Source: Candidatus Melainabacteria bacterium 17Bon1m (GTDB taxonomy: Bacteria; Cyanobacteriota; Vampirovibrionia; Obscuribacterales; Obscuribacteraceae). From it: a stretch of DNA of 64,000 nucleotides. The notes under the pieces are model-generated. The model was not told where the DNA came from, did not search any database, and worked only from the letters and a program-made list of their open reading frames with translations. A program made the position numbers and the translations under genes. The stretch covers positions 256,001 through 320,000 of the forward strand of contig JAVLKG010000001.1 of the NCBI GenBank assembly GCA_032128875.1. Reading direction: 5' to 3'. This document shows, one piece after another, positions 34,977 through 43,991 of this stretch (within the stretch, counting starts at the first letter, position 1; each line of letters opens with the position of its first letter).

Positions 34977-36092
34977 ATGGGAGCTTTTCCCGACTTGATG
35001 CGTCCCCCAGATATCAAGTCACCCGGAGCATTTATGAGAGACATTCATTCACTGGCTGTAGGAGCCGCGTTTAGCGCGTTGTTCGTAGGTTTGACCCCAG
35101 CACTGGCTGCTGACGAGCCGCTGTCCGTGCGGAAGCAGGAAGACCAGCAAGTCATAGACTCAACTCAACACTCTTCCCAACAAACCGTTCCCACGCGAAG
35201 ACGCTCTGGTTCTTCACAGTTTGCGCTGACACTCGCCGGTGGCGGCGCCCGCGGAGCAGCGCACGTCGGGGTCTTGAAGGTGCTGGAGAAAGAAGGTTTG
35301 CGCCCGGATTTTGTTTGTGGAAACAGCGCGGGAGCCATGATTGGCGGACTTTATGCCGCAGGCATGCCCGTTTCCGAGATTGAGAAACTCGTTCTCTCTA
35401 AAGAATTCCAGAAAGCGTATTTCCCACTCAACCGCAAGGTGCAATTCTTTTCTTATGGATTCAAATACTTGATGGCACGGTCCATCTTAATTCATCCCCA
35501 AATCGGCATTTACAGTGGAAAGTCACTGAGCAAATTTGTCCAGAAGCACCTACCTCCGAACGTCAAGAACATTGAAGATACACCCATTCCATTCTCCGCT
35601 GCAGCTGTTGACTTATATACAACGAAGGCGGTTTGGCTCAACAAGGGCGATCTGAGCACGGCAATTAGAGCGAGCAATTCGGTACCCGGGTTCTATCGTC
35701 CTGTGCAAGTGGGCGAACACCTTCTTGTCGACGGTGCATTGAAGACTAATTTGCCGACCGAAATTGCAGAAGCGCAGGGTTCGCCAACTGTAGTCGGCGT
35801 GCGACTCCAGTCATACCTGGGTCGCGTTGAGAAGAAGGAATACGACACTCTCTTGGATTACGGCGACAGGCTCGCCAACATCGTGCTCGCCGGTACCGAA
35901 TTGCAGGGCGCAGGCGAAGCCGATATCTTGATCGAGCCAAAACTACCGTACATGAAACTCACTGCCTACAGGGCTGATGAGCTGCAACACGCGATTGAAG
36001 AAGGCGAGAGAGCCACTCGGAAAATTCTTCCGCAACTTCGCGAGCTGCGAAATCAAAGAGCCGCCGCGGCACCATCGGGGCAGAGTTATTAG
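34977..36092 (+). CDS. Patatin-like phospholipase (probably secreted; start likely 35034)
   Basis: GGGARG, GNSAG (GxSxG), DGA. Confidence 0.92.
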   Translation: MGAFPDLMRPPDIKSPGAFMRDIHSLAVGAAFSALFVGLTPALAADEPLSVRKQEDQQVIDSTQHSSQQTVPTRRRSGSSQFALTLAGGGARGAAHVGVLKVLEKEGLRPDFVCGNSAGAMIGGLYAAGMPVSEIEKLVLSKEFQKAYFPLNRKVQFFSYGFKYLMARSILIHPQIGIYSGKSLSKFVQKHLPPNVKNIEDTPIPFSAAAVDLYTTKAVWLNKGDLSTAIRASNSVPGFYRPVQVGEHLLVDGALKTNLPTEIAEAQGSPTVVGVRLQSYLGRVEKKEYDTLLDYGDRLANIVLAGTELQGAGEADILIEPKLPYMKLTAYRADELQHAIEEGERATRKILPQLRELRNQRAAAAPSGQSY

Positions 36093-36110
36093 ATAAAGCA
36101 GAGACTCTCT

Positions 36111-36671
36111 CTAAACGTGGAAGTATCCCGGAACTCTTAAAATATTCGAGTCGCGTCCGGTTGGATGAATGCCCTGTTGGTCAACGCTGATGTTGAAATC
36201 GTAGGAGCGATTTGACGGTGTGCCGTCGCTCTCCACGTAATTCCATTTGTCGTTTTCGCGTCTCCACGTCCGTCCGTTTTCGTAGAACTCGGAAACGTTA
36301 CAGGCAATGTCTCGACGCAATACCGCAAAGCTGTAGATGTTCCGCAGGTATTCGTCGCGGTAAACGAACTCGTTGATACGCCCGTTTTTGTCTAACACAA
36401 AGATGTCGCCATCAGAGTTTTCCTGCTTCTTTCCCGCGTCCGGATGATTCGTGCCTGTCTCGCAGAGAAAGTTGTCAAAATAATTTCGATCCAAACCTGT
36501 CAATTCCATCGGCAACAGCACTGTTTCGCCGTTGATGACGAGCGAGCTCGAACTGTTAGTCTGGTTCGCTTCCATCGATTGCGTCGGAAACTCGCCCCAG
36601 TCTATTTTTATAGGCGCCGCTGTCTCAATGCCTTGCGGTCTGATCGAGTCGAGTCTTTCTGGCGATGCCAT
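36111..36671 (-). CDS. Hypothetical protein
   Basis: AGGAAGG SD; no motif recognised. Confidence 0.6.
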   Translation of the reverse strand: MASPERLDSIRPQGIETAAPIKIDWGEFPTQSMEANQTNSSSSLVINGETVLLPMELTGLDRNYFDNFLCETGTNHPDAGKKQENSDGDIFVLDKNGRINEFVYRDEYLRNIYSFAVLRRDIACNVSEFYENGRTWRRENDKWNYVESDGTPSNRSYDFNISVDQQGIHPTGRDSNILRVPGYFHV

Positions 36672-36816
36672 ATGACCTTCCTTGGTTTTGCTAGTAATGC
36701 GTGGGGTTATTGCAAGATAAACCCCCGCTATGACATTGGTTTGACAGTGGAAGCGACATTCTCAAGGGGAATATAATGGCTAGGCTTTGGTTTGAGAGAC
36801 GGCGAGCTATTAAGAT

Positions 36817-38172
36817 TTGGCAAAGGACAAGCACAAAGAATTAGCCAAGCTGGGAGCGGAAACGCTCGCAACTGCCTTGCTCGATCTCGCCGATTACAAC
36901 GACGCGGCGGAAGCCGTGGTTGAGCGACTTCTTGCGAGTCCAAAGGAAAACGCGAAGACTTTTTCGAAAAGGCTGTCGAGCATAAGGCGCCGACACCACC
37001 TCATTTCGTGGGGCGAAACTGGCGCCTTTGCGCGCGAGTTAAAAGATCTACTTAAGGCGTTGGAAGCTTCTGCGCCAGAACCGAAGGACGGAGTTTTGTC
37101 AGTTGCTGCGTTCTATGAAGCAGACGCGGAAATTTTTGAGCAGTGTGATGACTCCAATGGAAGCGTTGGTGGAGTGTTCAAATTCGATGCAGCCGATTTA
37201 TTTTCCTCATTTGCTTCCCGTTGCGATGACAAAGACTGGCTTCTAGAGCAAGTAATCAAACTCAATAAGAGTAATGGTTATGGTGTTCGTGACGTTCTAT
37301 TTGAAAAAATGTCGCTGTTCTTACCTGAAGACCATTTGCGCAAAGCTGTCAATCGACTGTGGGAAGAGGACAACGCAGAAAAGACCGATCGATATGGCTC
37401 TAGGTGGCTCACTGCTATTGAGCAATTAGCCTGGCAGTTAAAAGACCCGTTGCTTTTGGAAAAGGTCAAGCGCTCACAATCTAACGGTGAGCTTCCAACG
37501 GCTTTTCTCATTGATATTGCCAAACTTCATTTCGAATGCGGCGATTTGAATGCTGCACTTGAGTGGCTAACACGTTTTCCAGCGGATAAGTCGTTTAGGG
37601 TTCACGAGCGAGATGAGCTTTTAATTGCAATCTATCAAGGTCTTAAAAAGCCGAGAAAAGTTGCTGAGACTTCGTTGAAGGTTTTCAAAAGAGATCGAGA
37701 TATCGAGTCACTTAACCAATTGGTGCGCGCTGTTGGAGAGGAAAAGCGTGCTGAAATTGTGGACGAAAGTGTAAAAACAATTTTGAAGGCGCGAGAGTTT
37801 AGTACGAGCGATGCAGAGTTTCTCATAGAAACCAATCGCATTGACGATGCTGAGAATTACATTCTTGCGCATGCGACGAGGCTCAATGGCGATCTTTATG
37901 CCGGCTTACTGGACTTAGCGAAGTCGGTGTTAAAGCATGATCGTCTTGTCGCAGCTTACGTTATTTATCGAGCGTTGCTCGATTCCATTTTGGCGCGAGC
38001 TAATTCTAAGTATTACCATCATGGTGTCAGTTACCTGAAAAAGCTTGATTCTCTTGCGAAGAAGATTAGCGACTGGAAAGAGATTGAGCCACATTCCAAG
38101 TATTTAGAGTACCTGCGCCAAAAACATAAACATAAGTCGAGTTTTTGGTCACAGTACGCTCCGCAGAAATAG
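36817..38172 (+). CDS. DUF6880-like helical protein
   Basis: EQCDDSNGSVGGVF, YGVRD, YRALLDSILARA..KYYHHGVSYL, HKHKSSFW. Confidence 0.8.
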   Translation: MAKDKHKELAKLGAETLATALLDLADYNDAAEAVVERLLASPKENAKTFSKRLSSIRRRHHLISWGETGAFARELKDLLKALEASAPEPKDGVLSVAAFYEADAEIFEQCDDSNGSVGGVFKFDAADLFSSFASRCDDKDWLLEQVIKLNKSNGYGVRDVLFEKMSLFLPEDHLRKAVNRLWEEDNAEKTDRYGSRWLTAIEQLAWQLKDPLLLEKVKRSQSNGELPTAFLIDIAKLHFECGDLNAALEWLTRFPADKSFRVHERDELLIAIYQGLKKPRKVAETSLKVFKRDRDIESLNQLVRAVGEEKRAEIVDESVKTILKAREFSTSDAEFLIETNRIDDAENYILAHATRLNGDLYAGLLDLAKSVLKHDRLVAAYVIYRALLDSILARANSKYYHHGVSYLKKLDSLAKKISDWKEIEPHSKYLEYLRQKHKHKSSFWSQYAPQK

Positions 38173-38184
38173 AGAGGTTGCGCT

Positions 38185-38901
38185 GTGCCGAATGATTCTT
38201 ACTTCCCGGTCGAGACATTCCCGGCAGACCGGCTCTTTGTCGAGCCCACGCAAGGTCAACTTATGCAGCTTTTGCAGCCTTACCTGCGGCAAGATGAAAC
38301 TGTTCTTTGGCAAGGACAACCGAATCCAACCATTGAGGCTGGCCGTTATAAAGTTTCCCCATTACAGAGAAGGTTTCTCTTTGCGGCTTCTGTAGCTCTA
38401 ATGGCACTGGCGACTTATACGTTTTTGACACCACCGCCGCTGGGCGTTCTCGTCGGCATGAAGTTAGCATTTGTGTTTTTGTTCGGTCTTCCTGGACTGT
38501 TTCTTTTCGCTGTTTTTCTCTCTTCGTTCGAAAATCTAGATCGCTTGGTGCCGCGGAATACCTTTTACGTGATTACAAACAAGCGAGCGATTAGATTTTT
38601 CCCGGAGCGTTCTTCGTTTCAAGAAGACTTTGTATGGAAGGTCGAGAGCTTTTATCCCCAAGAGATAAGCATTGCTGCCTCATATCAAAGCTTTGATAAG
38701 GGCAAGTTCTACAACATAAAGTTTGCTAGAGATCCGCAATCAGAAGCTGACGACGTATGGAGTGGTTTTAACAGCATCGAAGATCCGGAAGTAGTAATCG
38801 AAGCTCTTCGCGAAGTGCGAAAGCTCAATCCGGATGTTCCGAAAGGTCGGTATGACGATTTTGTTCCGCAATTAGGTCTTGAAGCGAAAAGCAAAAGCTG
38901 A
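38185..38901 (+). CDS. Two-TM membrane protein (PH-like C-terminus)
   Basis: DETVLWQGQP, two TM helices, YVITNKRAI. Confidence 0.7.
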   Translation: MPNDSYFPVETFPADRLFVEPTQGQLMQLLQPYLRQDETVLWQGQPNPTIEAGRYKVSPLQRRFLFAASVALMALATYTFLTPPPLGVLVGMKLAFVFLFGLPGLFLFAVFLSSFENLDRLVPRNTFYVITNKRAIRFFPERSSFQEDFVWKVESFYPQEISIAASYQSFDKGKFYNIKFARDPQSEADDVWSGFNSIEDPEVVIEALREVRKLNPDVPKGRYDDFVPQLGLEAKSKS

Positions 38902-39026
38902 GGTCGCTGTTGCCTTTTGGCGTGGCGGCACGTTGCACACGCTCGTTTTTCAATCCTGCGACTTACTGCGAACTCTCTTGTATACTGCCCGTAGTTGATA
39001 CCGCGCGCGAAGAGATTAAGAAAACC

Positions 39027-39572
39027 ATGAACTTGTCGAAGAAAGCGCAACTGCTTGCAATTGCAATCATTCAAGGAGCATTCTTTGCTAGCTGCACGCC
39101 TTCCGCAATCTGCGCGCCGGTTGATCCCGCGCAGATGCAAAAGATGATTGCCAAATCCAAGGAGCTGCGCGAGGTTCAAACTAAATTTGAAGAACTTGGC
39201 GCCGCAAGACCTTCGAGCATCAAATCGAAGGAAGATGCGGAAAACAGAATCGCTGTTTTGGACCAAGTGATGAAGGCTACAAACGAGCAAAGCAAAATGA
39301 TCCGCGAGAATGGTGGCACTGCACAGGATTTGGAAGTCTTCGCAAATTTGCAGGGCATGCAAAAACGCTCGAGAGAACAACTGCTGTTTTTGAAGAAACA
39401 TTTTGGAAATTGGAAAGTGGTTGGCGATGAGGTTGAATACACTGTTCCAAAAGCTGAACTCGACGCCTTCAACAATTCAATTCACGAATTCAATGAAATT
39501 CGAATTAAACAGTTTGACCTGCTTCGAGCACGAGCAGAAGCGCGAAAGAAGCAGAACGGCGCATCAAATTAA
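39027..39572 (+). CDS. Secreted helical hypothetical protein
   Basis: Start set at MNLSKKAQLL signal peptide. Confidence 0.7.
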   Translation: MNLSKKAQLLAIAIIQGAFFASCTPSAICAPVDPAQMQKMIAKSKELREVQTKFEELGAARPSSIKSKEDAENRIAVLDQVMKATNEQSKMIRENGGTAQDLEVFANLQGMQKRSREQLLFLKKHFGNWKVVGDEVEYTVPKAELDAFNNSIHEFNEIRIKQFDLLRARAEARKKQNGASN

Positions 39573-39712
39573 CATCTAGCGCTCTGTTCGGCAGGCTGAT
39601 GTGGTGCCTTGTCATGAGTTTGTGTCAGCGGAGTGTGGGTTACCATATGAAGCCTATAGTGTGGCAGCCCTTGCGGCTCATCCTTGTAGTCATGTGGATA
39701 CAGGCGGATTCA

Positions 39713-40807
39713 ATGAAAAATATAAAGTGGGTAAAGACCGGTTTTGCGCTTTTGATGAGCTTCTCGGCTCTGTCGGCAGTAGTGCCGCCAGCATTCGCGG
39801 GTGAAAGCACGATGCCTTCATCTTGGGTCGAAAACATCTCTCCCGAGCTGGCAGCCAAATACGCATACACCGAAGATGGCGAATTTACCCAGGCTCTCAA
39901 GATTCCAACATATGAGTGGATGCCTGTCGGCGTCTCTCCCAAAGTTGTTGTTATTGGCATTCATGGACTGACTTTGCATGGACGCCGGATGCGCGTGTTG
40001 GCTCGCAGCCTCGCCGTCAACGGAGTGGGCTTCATCTCGCTGGACATGCGCGGATTCGGACGCTGCAAATTCGATGAAAAGCATCAATTCAGCACGCCAG
40101 AAAACGACCGCACCAAAATCAATCACCACAAGAGCTACGATGACATCGTTCAATTGGCGACTTTGGTAAAACAAAAATACCCTGATGCCAAAATCGTTGC
40201 GCTTGGCGAAAGTCTCGGTTGCACCTTCTGCGTTCACCTCGCCGCAGAGCATCCGGAAATAATTTCCGGAATCATACTTTCCGCGCCAGCAGTTCGTCTC
40301 AACAAGGATATGTATGCGGGCAGAGGGCAAATCGTGCAGGGTGTTAAGGCTGCATTGCTGCCGCATCACGAAGTTGACTTGACTAGTTTTTTCACCGAGC
40401 TTTGTTCAAAACGAGCAGACATTCAAAAGGAAATGGCTGACGACCCGATGGTTCTAAAAGAACTCACGCTCGAGGCGTTGGTTTCAACCGATGCTTTCTG
40501 TGATAAAACCGCTGACTTCGGCAAAGCTACTGATCCCTCCCTTGCGGTGCTCATCTTGCAGGGTAGCGCTGATGGATGTGTTTCTCCCAAGCATGTAACC
40601 GATCTGATGAACTCAATGCGTTCGACCGATCAATGTCTTGATTGGCGAGGAAACTTTGGGCACCTGCAATTGGAAACTACTTTCATGCAGGCGGAGACAA
40701 TCTCAGCGATTGCGAATTGGATGCAATCACATACCAAAGAACGCAAGGAAAAGCTCAAACAGTTCGAACAGCAGATTACGGACTTGGGCGGAACGGTTTT
40801 GAAATAG
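39713..40807 (+). CDS. Secreted alpha/beta hydrolase (lysophospholipase-like)
   Basis: IHGL, DMRGFG, GESLG nucleophile elbow, LQGSAD, GH. Confidence 0.9.
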   Translation: MKNIKWVKTGFALLMSFSALSAVVPPAFAGESTMPSSWVENISPELAAKYAYTEDGEFTQALKIPTYEWMPVGVSPKVVVIGIHGLTLHGRRMRVLARSLAVNGVGFISLDMRGFGRCKFDEKHQFSTPENDRTKINHHKSYDDIVQLATLVKQKYPDAKIVALGESLGCTFCVHLAAEHPEIISGIILSAPAVRLNKDMYAGRGQIVQGVKAALLPHHEVDLTSFFTELCSKRADIQKEMADDPMVLKELTLEALVSTDAFCDKTADFGKATDPSLAVLILQGSADGCVSPKHVTDLMNSMRSTDQCLDWRGNFGHLQLETTFMQAETISAIANWMQSHTKERKEKLKQFEQQITDLGGTVLK

Positions 40808-40917
40808 AAAATGAGAAGGACTTACCTGAAGTTTTCAAACCGATGAATTTCTGCTGCATAATCCGCGAATCGAAATGGGCTTAATGAACCAAGTTCCGTC
40901 GCCCAATTCATGTTCCT

Positions 40918-41835
40918 TTAGAGCTTGTGAAGCAACCGAACACTTACTAGTTTCGATGCGTCGTCGATCCCGTTATCGTCAGTAGACATTTCATAAAACG
41001 GATGAGAACGATTGCGCAGTGGGAGGATATGCACAAAGGTTCCTTGCGACCAACCAAGCACCTCGACATCTACAGTATCCTCAGCCATGAAGAGCATACC
41101 TTCGAATGTTTCGATGAAAACTTTTCCATCTTCAAGTTCGCTGACAAGATCTCGACTCTCCAGTGAGTATCTTCGCGCAATCTCGTAGGCAGGTTCCGTC
41201 AATCGGCTTGGAAGGCTTCCTTTGGAATAGCTGGTGCCGTGTTTCCAATCCCATTGTTTAAAAACTCGCTTTGCCGTAGCTATTTCTTCAGGTGTTGCCT
41301 TTAGAATCACCGAAATGCTCGCAGTTATGGCACTCCGAGATTCCCGTCCATTTGTCTCCTGCTGAGTTGTTGTATTTGTGGCTGCACTCCCAGAAACACG
41401 TGATCTAATCTCCCTAGCTTTAGCTCTTAATGCTGCAGCCTCGTCATTCTTGCTCAACTTTGTCAACGCTTTTGCATAGAAATCAAGGCTTGACGCAAAC
41501 TCCAAGCTGTTAACGCCGTGAATAGATTGCAGGCAGACGCAGTATTGCCGCAAGATCGGTTCCATCTTCTCAATCTCATTTCGAGCGCTGTAAATGCTGA
41601 TTAATAGGTAAAGTGATTTTGCCTTCGCGTGCGGCGAGATTGATATAGCTAACGCCTTCAATGCAAGATTTTCGGCTTGAGAATACTCTTGATTTTTAAG
41701 TGCTAGCGATGCCCTTGATGAAAGTTCTCCTAGTTCATCTCCGTAAGCGGCAGAAGTAAAAAGTGCCAAAGCAAATAGCGAAACAGAACAGACTGCTCTT
41801 TTGTGCCACCGCGCAAATACTTTCTCGTTTTTCAC
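40918..41835 (-). CDS. Secreted TPR-containing protein
   Basis: Signal peptide; EYSQAENLALKAL, YAKALTKLSKNDEAAALRAKAREI. Confidence 0.7.
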   Translation of the reverse strand: MKNEKVFARWHKRAVCSVSLFALALFTSAAYGDELGELSSRASLALKNQEYSQAENLALKALAISISPHAKAKSLYLLISIYSARNEIEKMEPILRQYCVCLQSIHGVNSLEFASSLDFYAKALTKLSKNDEAAALRAKAREIRSRVSGSAATNTTTQQETNGRESRSAITASISVILKATPEEIATAKRVFKQWDWKHGTSYSKGSLPSRLTEPAYEIARRYSLESRDLVSELEDGKVFIETFEGMLFMAEDTVDVEVLGWSQGTFVHILPLRNRSHPFYEMSTDDNGIDDASKLVSVRLLHKL

Positions 41836-42154
41836 AACTGTTTTCGATTTAGAAAGTCTATATTTTTCAAACGACCATTTAGCAGTGCAAAAGAGTTCCG
41901 CTAAAAACCTCCGATGGCAGTTTCCATCGAACTTTGAGAGGCCTTTTTGATTGAGTCTTTATTTAGGGGCGCCATTTAGAGATATTCCCCTCCCTGCTGT
42001 TCTTGCAACCAGCTTCGTAGTCACCATTTGGTAGTAAATGATAACGATCTAAGATGCATGCGGCATTAGCCTAAAGGGCATAGGGCTTGCGGCGGTTAAG
42101 CTCACTCCGAATTCAGGGAATAATGACAAAGAGGCTTGGCTTACGGAAACTAAT

Positions 42155-43054
42155 TTGTTAATACACGCCGACTTACCTGAACAGCACCGAAGGCACCTTC
42201 TCTGGTTCGTTGAGAATGAGGGAAGGGTTTTGGGATGGCAGTCTATTGGCGGCAGCGATTTGCGCGTGGCTAACATACCAAAGGGAATCTATAAGCCAGC
42301 TTGGTCAAAATATGCTCTCAGTGTAAAACAGACTCTAAACAGTCTTTATGCCGACCGTGAGCCTACATCGCAAGATTCTGGATGGTCATATCTCTACTAT
42401 CAGGAAGAACAAGAAGGGAAAGATCCTGAATCGCTACCATCGAATCGAGCAATGGCTGAATGTATTGCAGATGGAATTCCAATTGGAGTATTGCGCCAAA
42501 AGACCGCTAAACCAAATGTGACCTATCAGGTGTTGGGAATTGCAAACGTTCTTGGAAAAGCTGCCGGCTACTATCTGCTCCAAAGTGAAGGACAGCTATT
42601 AAAGCCAGCCCGAAATTCGGAACTCGGTTATCTGGTAACAGAAGGAAGTTCCGTCGCTGAAATCAGTGATGATATGCGACTATTTCGAATTCGTTCTGTA
42701 GTTCAGCGTCAAGGCCAGCCTAGATTTCGCCAACAGCTGATGCAGTTGTACGACAAGCAGTGTGCTGTTAGTCGCTGCGATGTAGCAGATGTTTTGGAAG
42801 CCGCTCACATTCTTCCATATCGTGGTCCGCATACAAATGACCTCTCGAACGGAGTAATCCTTCGAGCCGATCTTCATATTCTCTTTGACGAGGGGCTGCT
42901 CGCGATTGACGCTTCTTCTCTATCCGTGCAACTTGCTCCTTCAATCTTGAACAACAGGTTTTACTCTGAATTTCAGGGACTGGAACTTCATCCGAGTGCG
43001 GAGAAAATTGATCCCGAATTGTTGCGTGCGCATCGTCACTATTGCGGCTTTTGA
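42155..43054 (+). CDS. HNH endonuclease (HNH_2) with SRA/PUA-like N-terminal domain
   Basis: RQGQPRFRQQL...CAVS...LEAAHILPY...NGVILRADLHILFD; N-terminal KGIYKP..YALSV..LYAD. Confidence 0.88.
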   Translation: MLIHADLPEQHRRHLLWFVENEGRVLGWQSIGGSDLRVANIPKGIYKPAWSKYALSVKQTLNSLYADREPTSQDSGWSYLYYQEEQEGKDPESLPSNRAMAECIADGIPIGVLRQKTAKPNVTYQVLGIANVLGKAAGYYLLQSEGQLLKPARNSELGYLVTEGSSVAEISDDMRLFRIRSVVQRQGQPRFRQQLMQLYDKQCAVSRCDVADVLEAAHILPYRGPHTNDLSNGVILRADLHILFDEGLLAIDASSLSVQLAPSILNNRFYSEFQGLELHPSAEKIDPELLRAHRHYCGF

Positions 43055-43055
43055 C

Positions 43056-43925
43056 TTACAGATATGTCGCTTCCCAAATAGCAGTCGCGTAAGATTGCAC
43101 CACGAATTTTCGGACCTCCGGAGGTTTCTCCGGGGCGCCATAAGTCGAGTGAAGCGTTTGAATGTCACTCAATGTTTTCGCGTCTAGCTTACGTTTCTCG
43201 AAAAGTTCAACTCTTTTGCCCAAGTCAATGAGCGACAGGCAATTTGCTAGCCTTTCCGCGTTGCTGCCAAACAGTTTGGACGGCCGTGCGCTGCCCTGTC
43301 CAACACAGAACTGACCATTGCCAACTTCGACATAATTTGCGGTGTAATGAAATTCGTCCTCTTTTGTCTTAAGCGCGCTTATTTCGGTTTTGTATTTCCC
43401 GAGTGACCTATGGACACTGAGCGTTTCTTTCTCCAAATGTCTCAATCGCGCTGCCGCTGTTTTTTCGAGATCGAGTTCGCCTTTGGACTTCTGCTTCCTT
43501 TTTCGGAAGCCAAAATCGTCATAGGGATTGTGATGCTCAAGATAATCCCCCAGCAAAAACAATAGAACGCGATATCCATTCACTTCATTTAGGTAGCCAT
43601 CGTCAATCCGAAGCAATTCAAATCCTAAGTATTCGCAAATGTAGTTCTTCTTTGAGTCGCGGTCGTGAGTGTCGTTGCCATCGTAATGTTTTGGTCCATC
43701 AAATTCGATTGCGAAACGTACTTTGTTATCTTGAACCACAATAAAATCAAAATGAGCCTTACACCCATAATCAAAGTATTCATCTTCAAGTCCGCTATGG
43801 TCTAACTCCAGGACGTCTCCGAGTCTAACTTTCGGAAAAACTTTGTAGGAGTAAGCGAGTTCCAGTTGCGACAACATGTTGTATGCCTGTTGTTCGCTGA
43901 AATTCAAGAAACAATTGATACCCAT
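43056..43925 (-). CDS. DUF2726 (Vsr/PD-(D/E)xK-like) domain protein
   Basis: VFPKVRLGDVL, HFDFIV, AIEFDGPKH, RDSKKNYIC...LLRI. Confidence 0.85.
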   Translation of the reverse strand: MGINCFLNFSEQQAYNMLSQLELAYSYKVFPKVRLGDVLELDHSGLEDEYFDYGCKAHFDFIVVQDNKVRFAIEFDGPKHYDGNDTHDRDSKKNYICEYLGFELLRIDDGYLNEVNGYRVLLFLLGDYLEHHNPYDDFGFRKRKQKSKGELDLEKTAAARLRHLEKETLSVHRSLGKYKTEISALKTKEDEFHYTANYVEVGNGQFCVGQGSARPSKLFGSNAERLANCLSLIDLGKRVELFEKRKLDAKTLSDIQTLHSTYGAPEKPPEVRKFVVQSYATAIWEATYL

Positions 43926-43991
43926 GCGTATCCCTCCCTGCTCGACAGTAAAGTCGATCTGTCCAGGGCTGGAAATGTCGAATTACACAGA

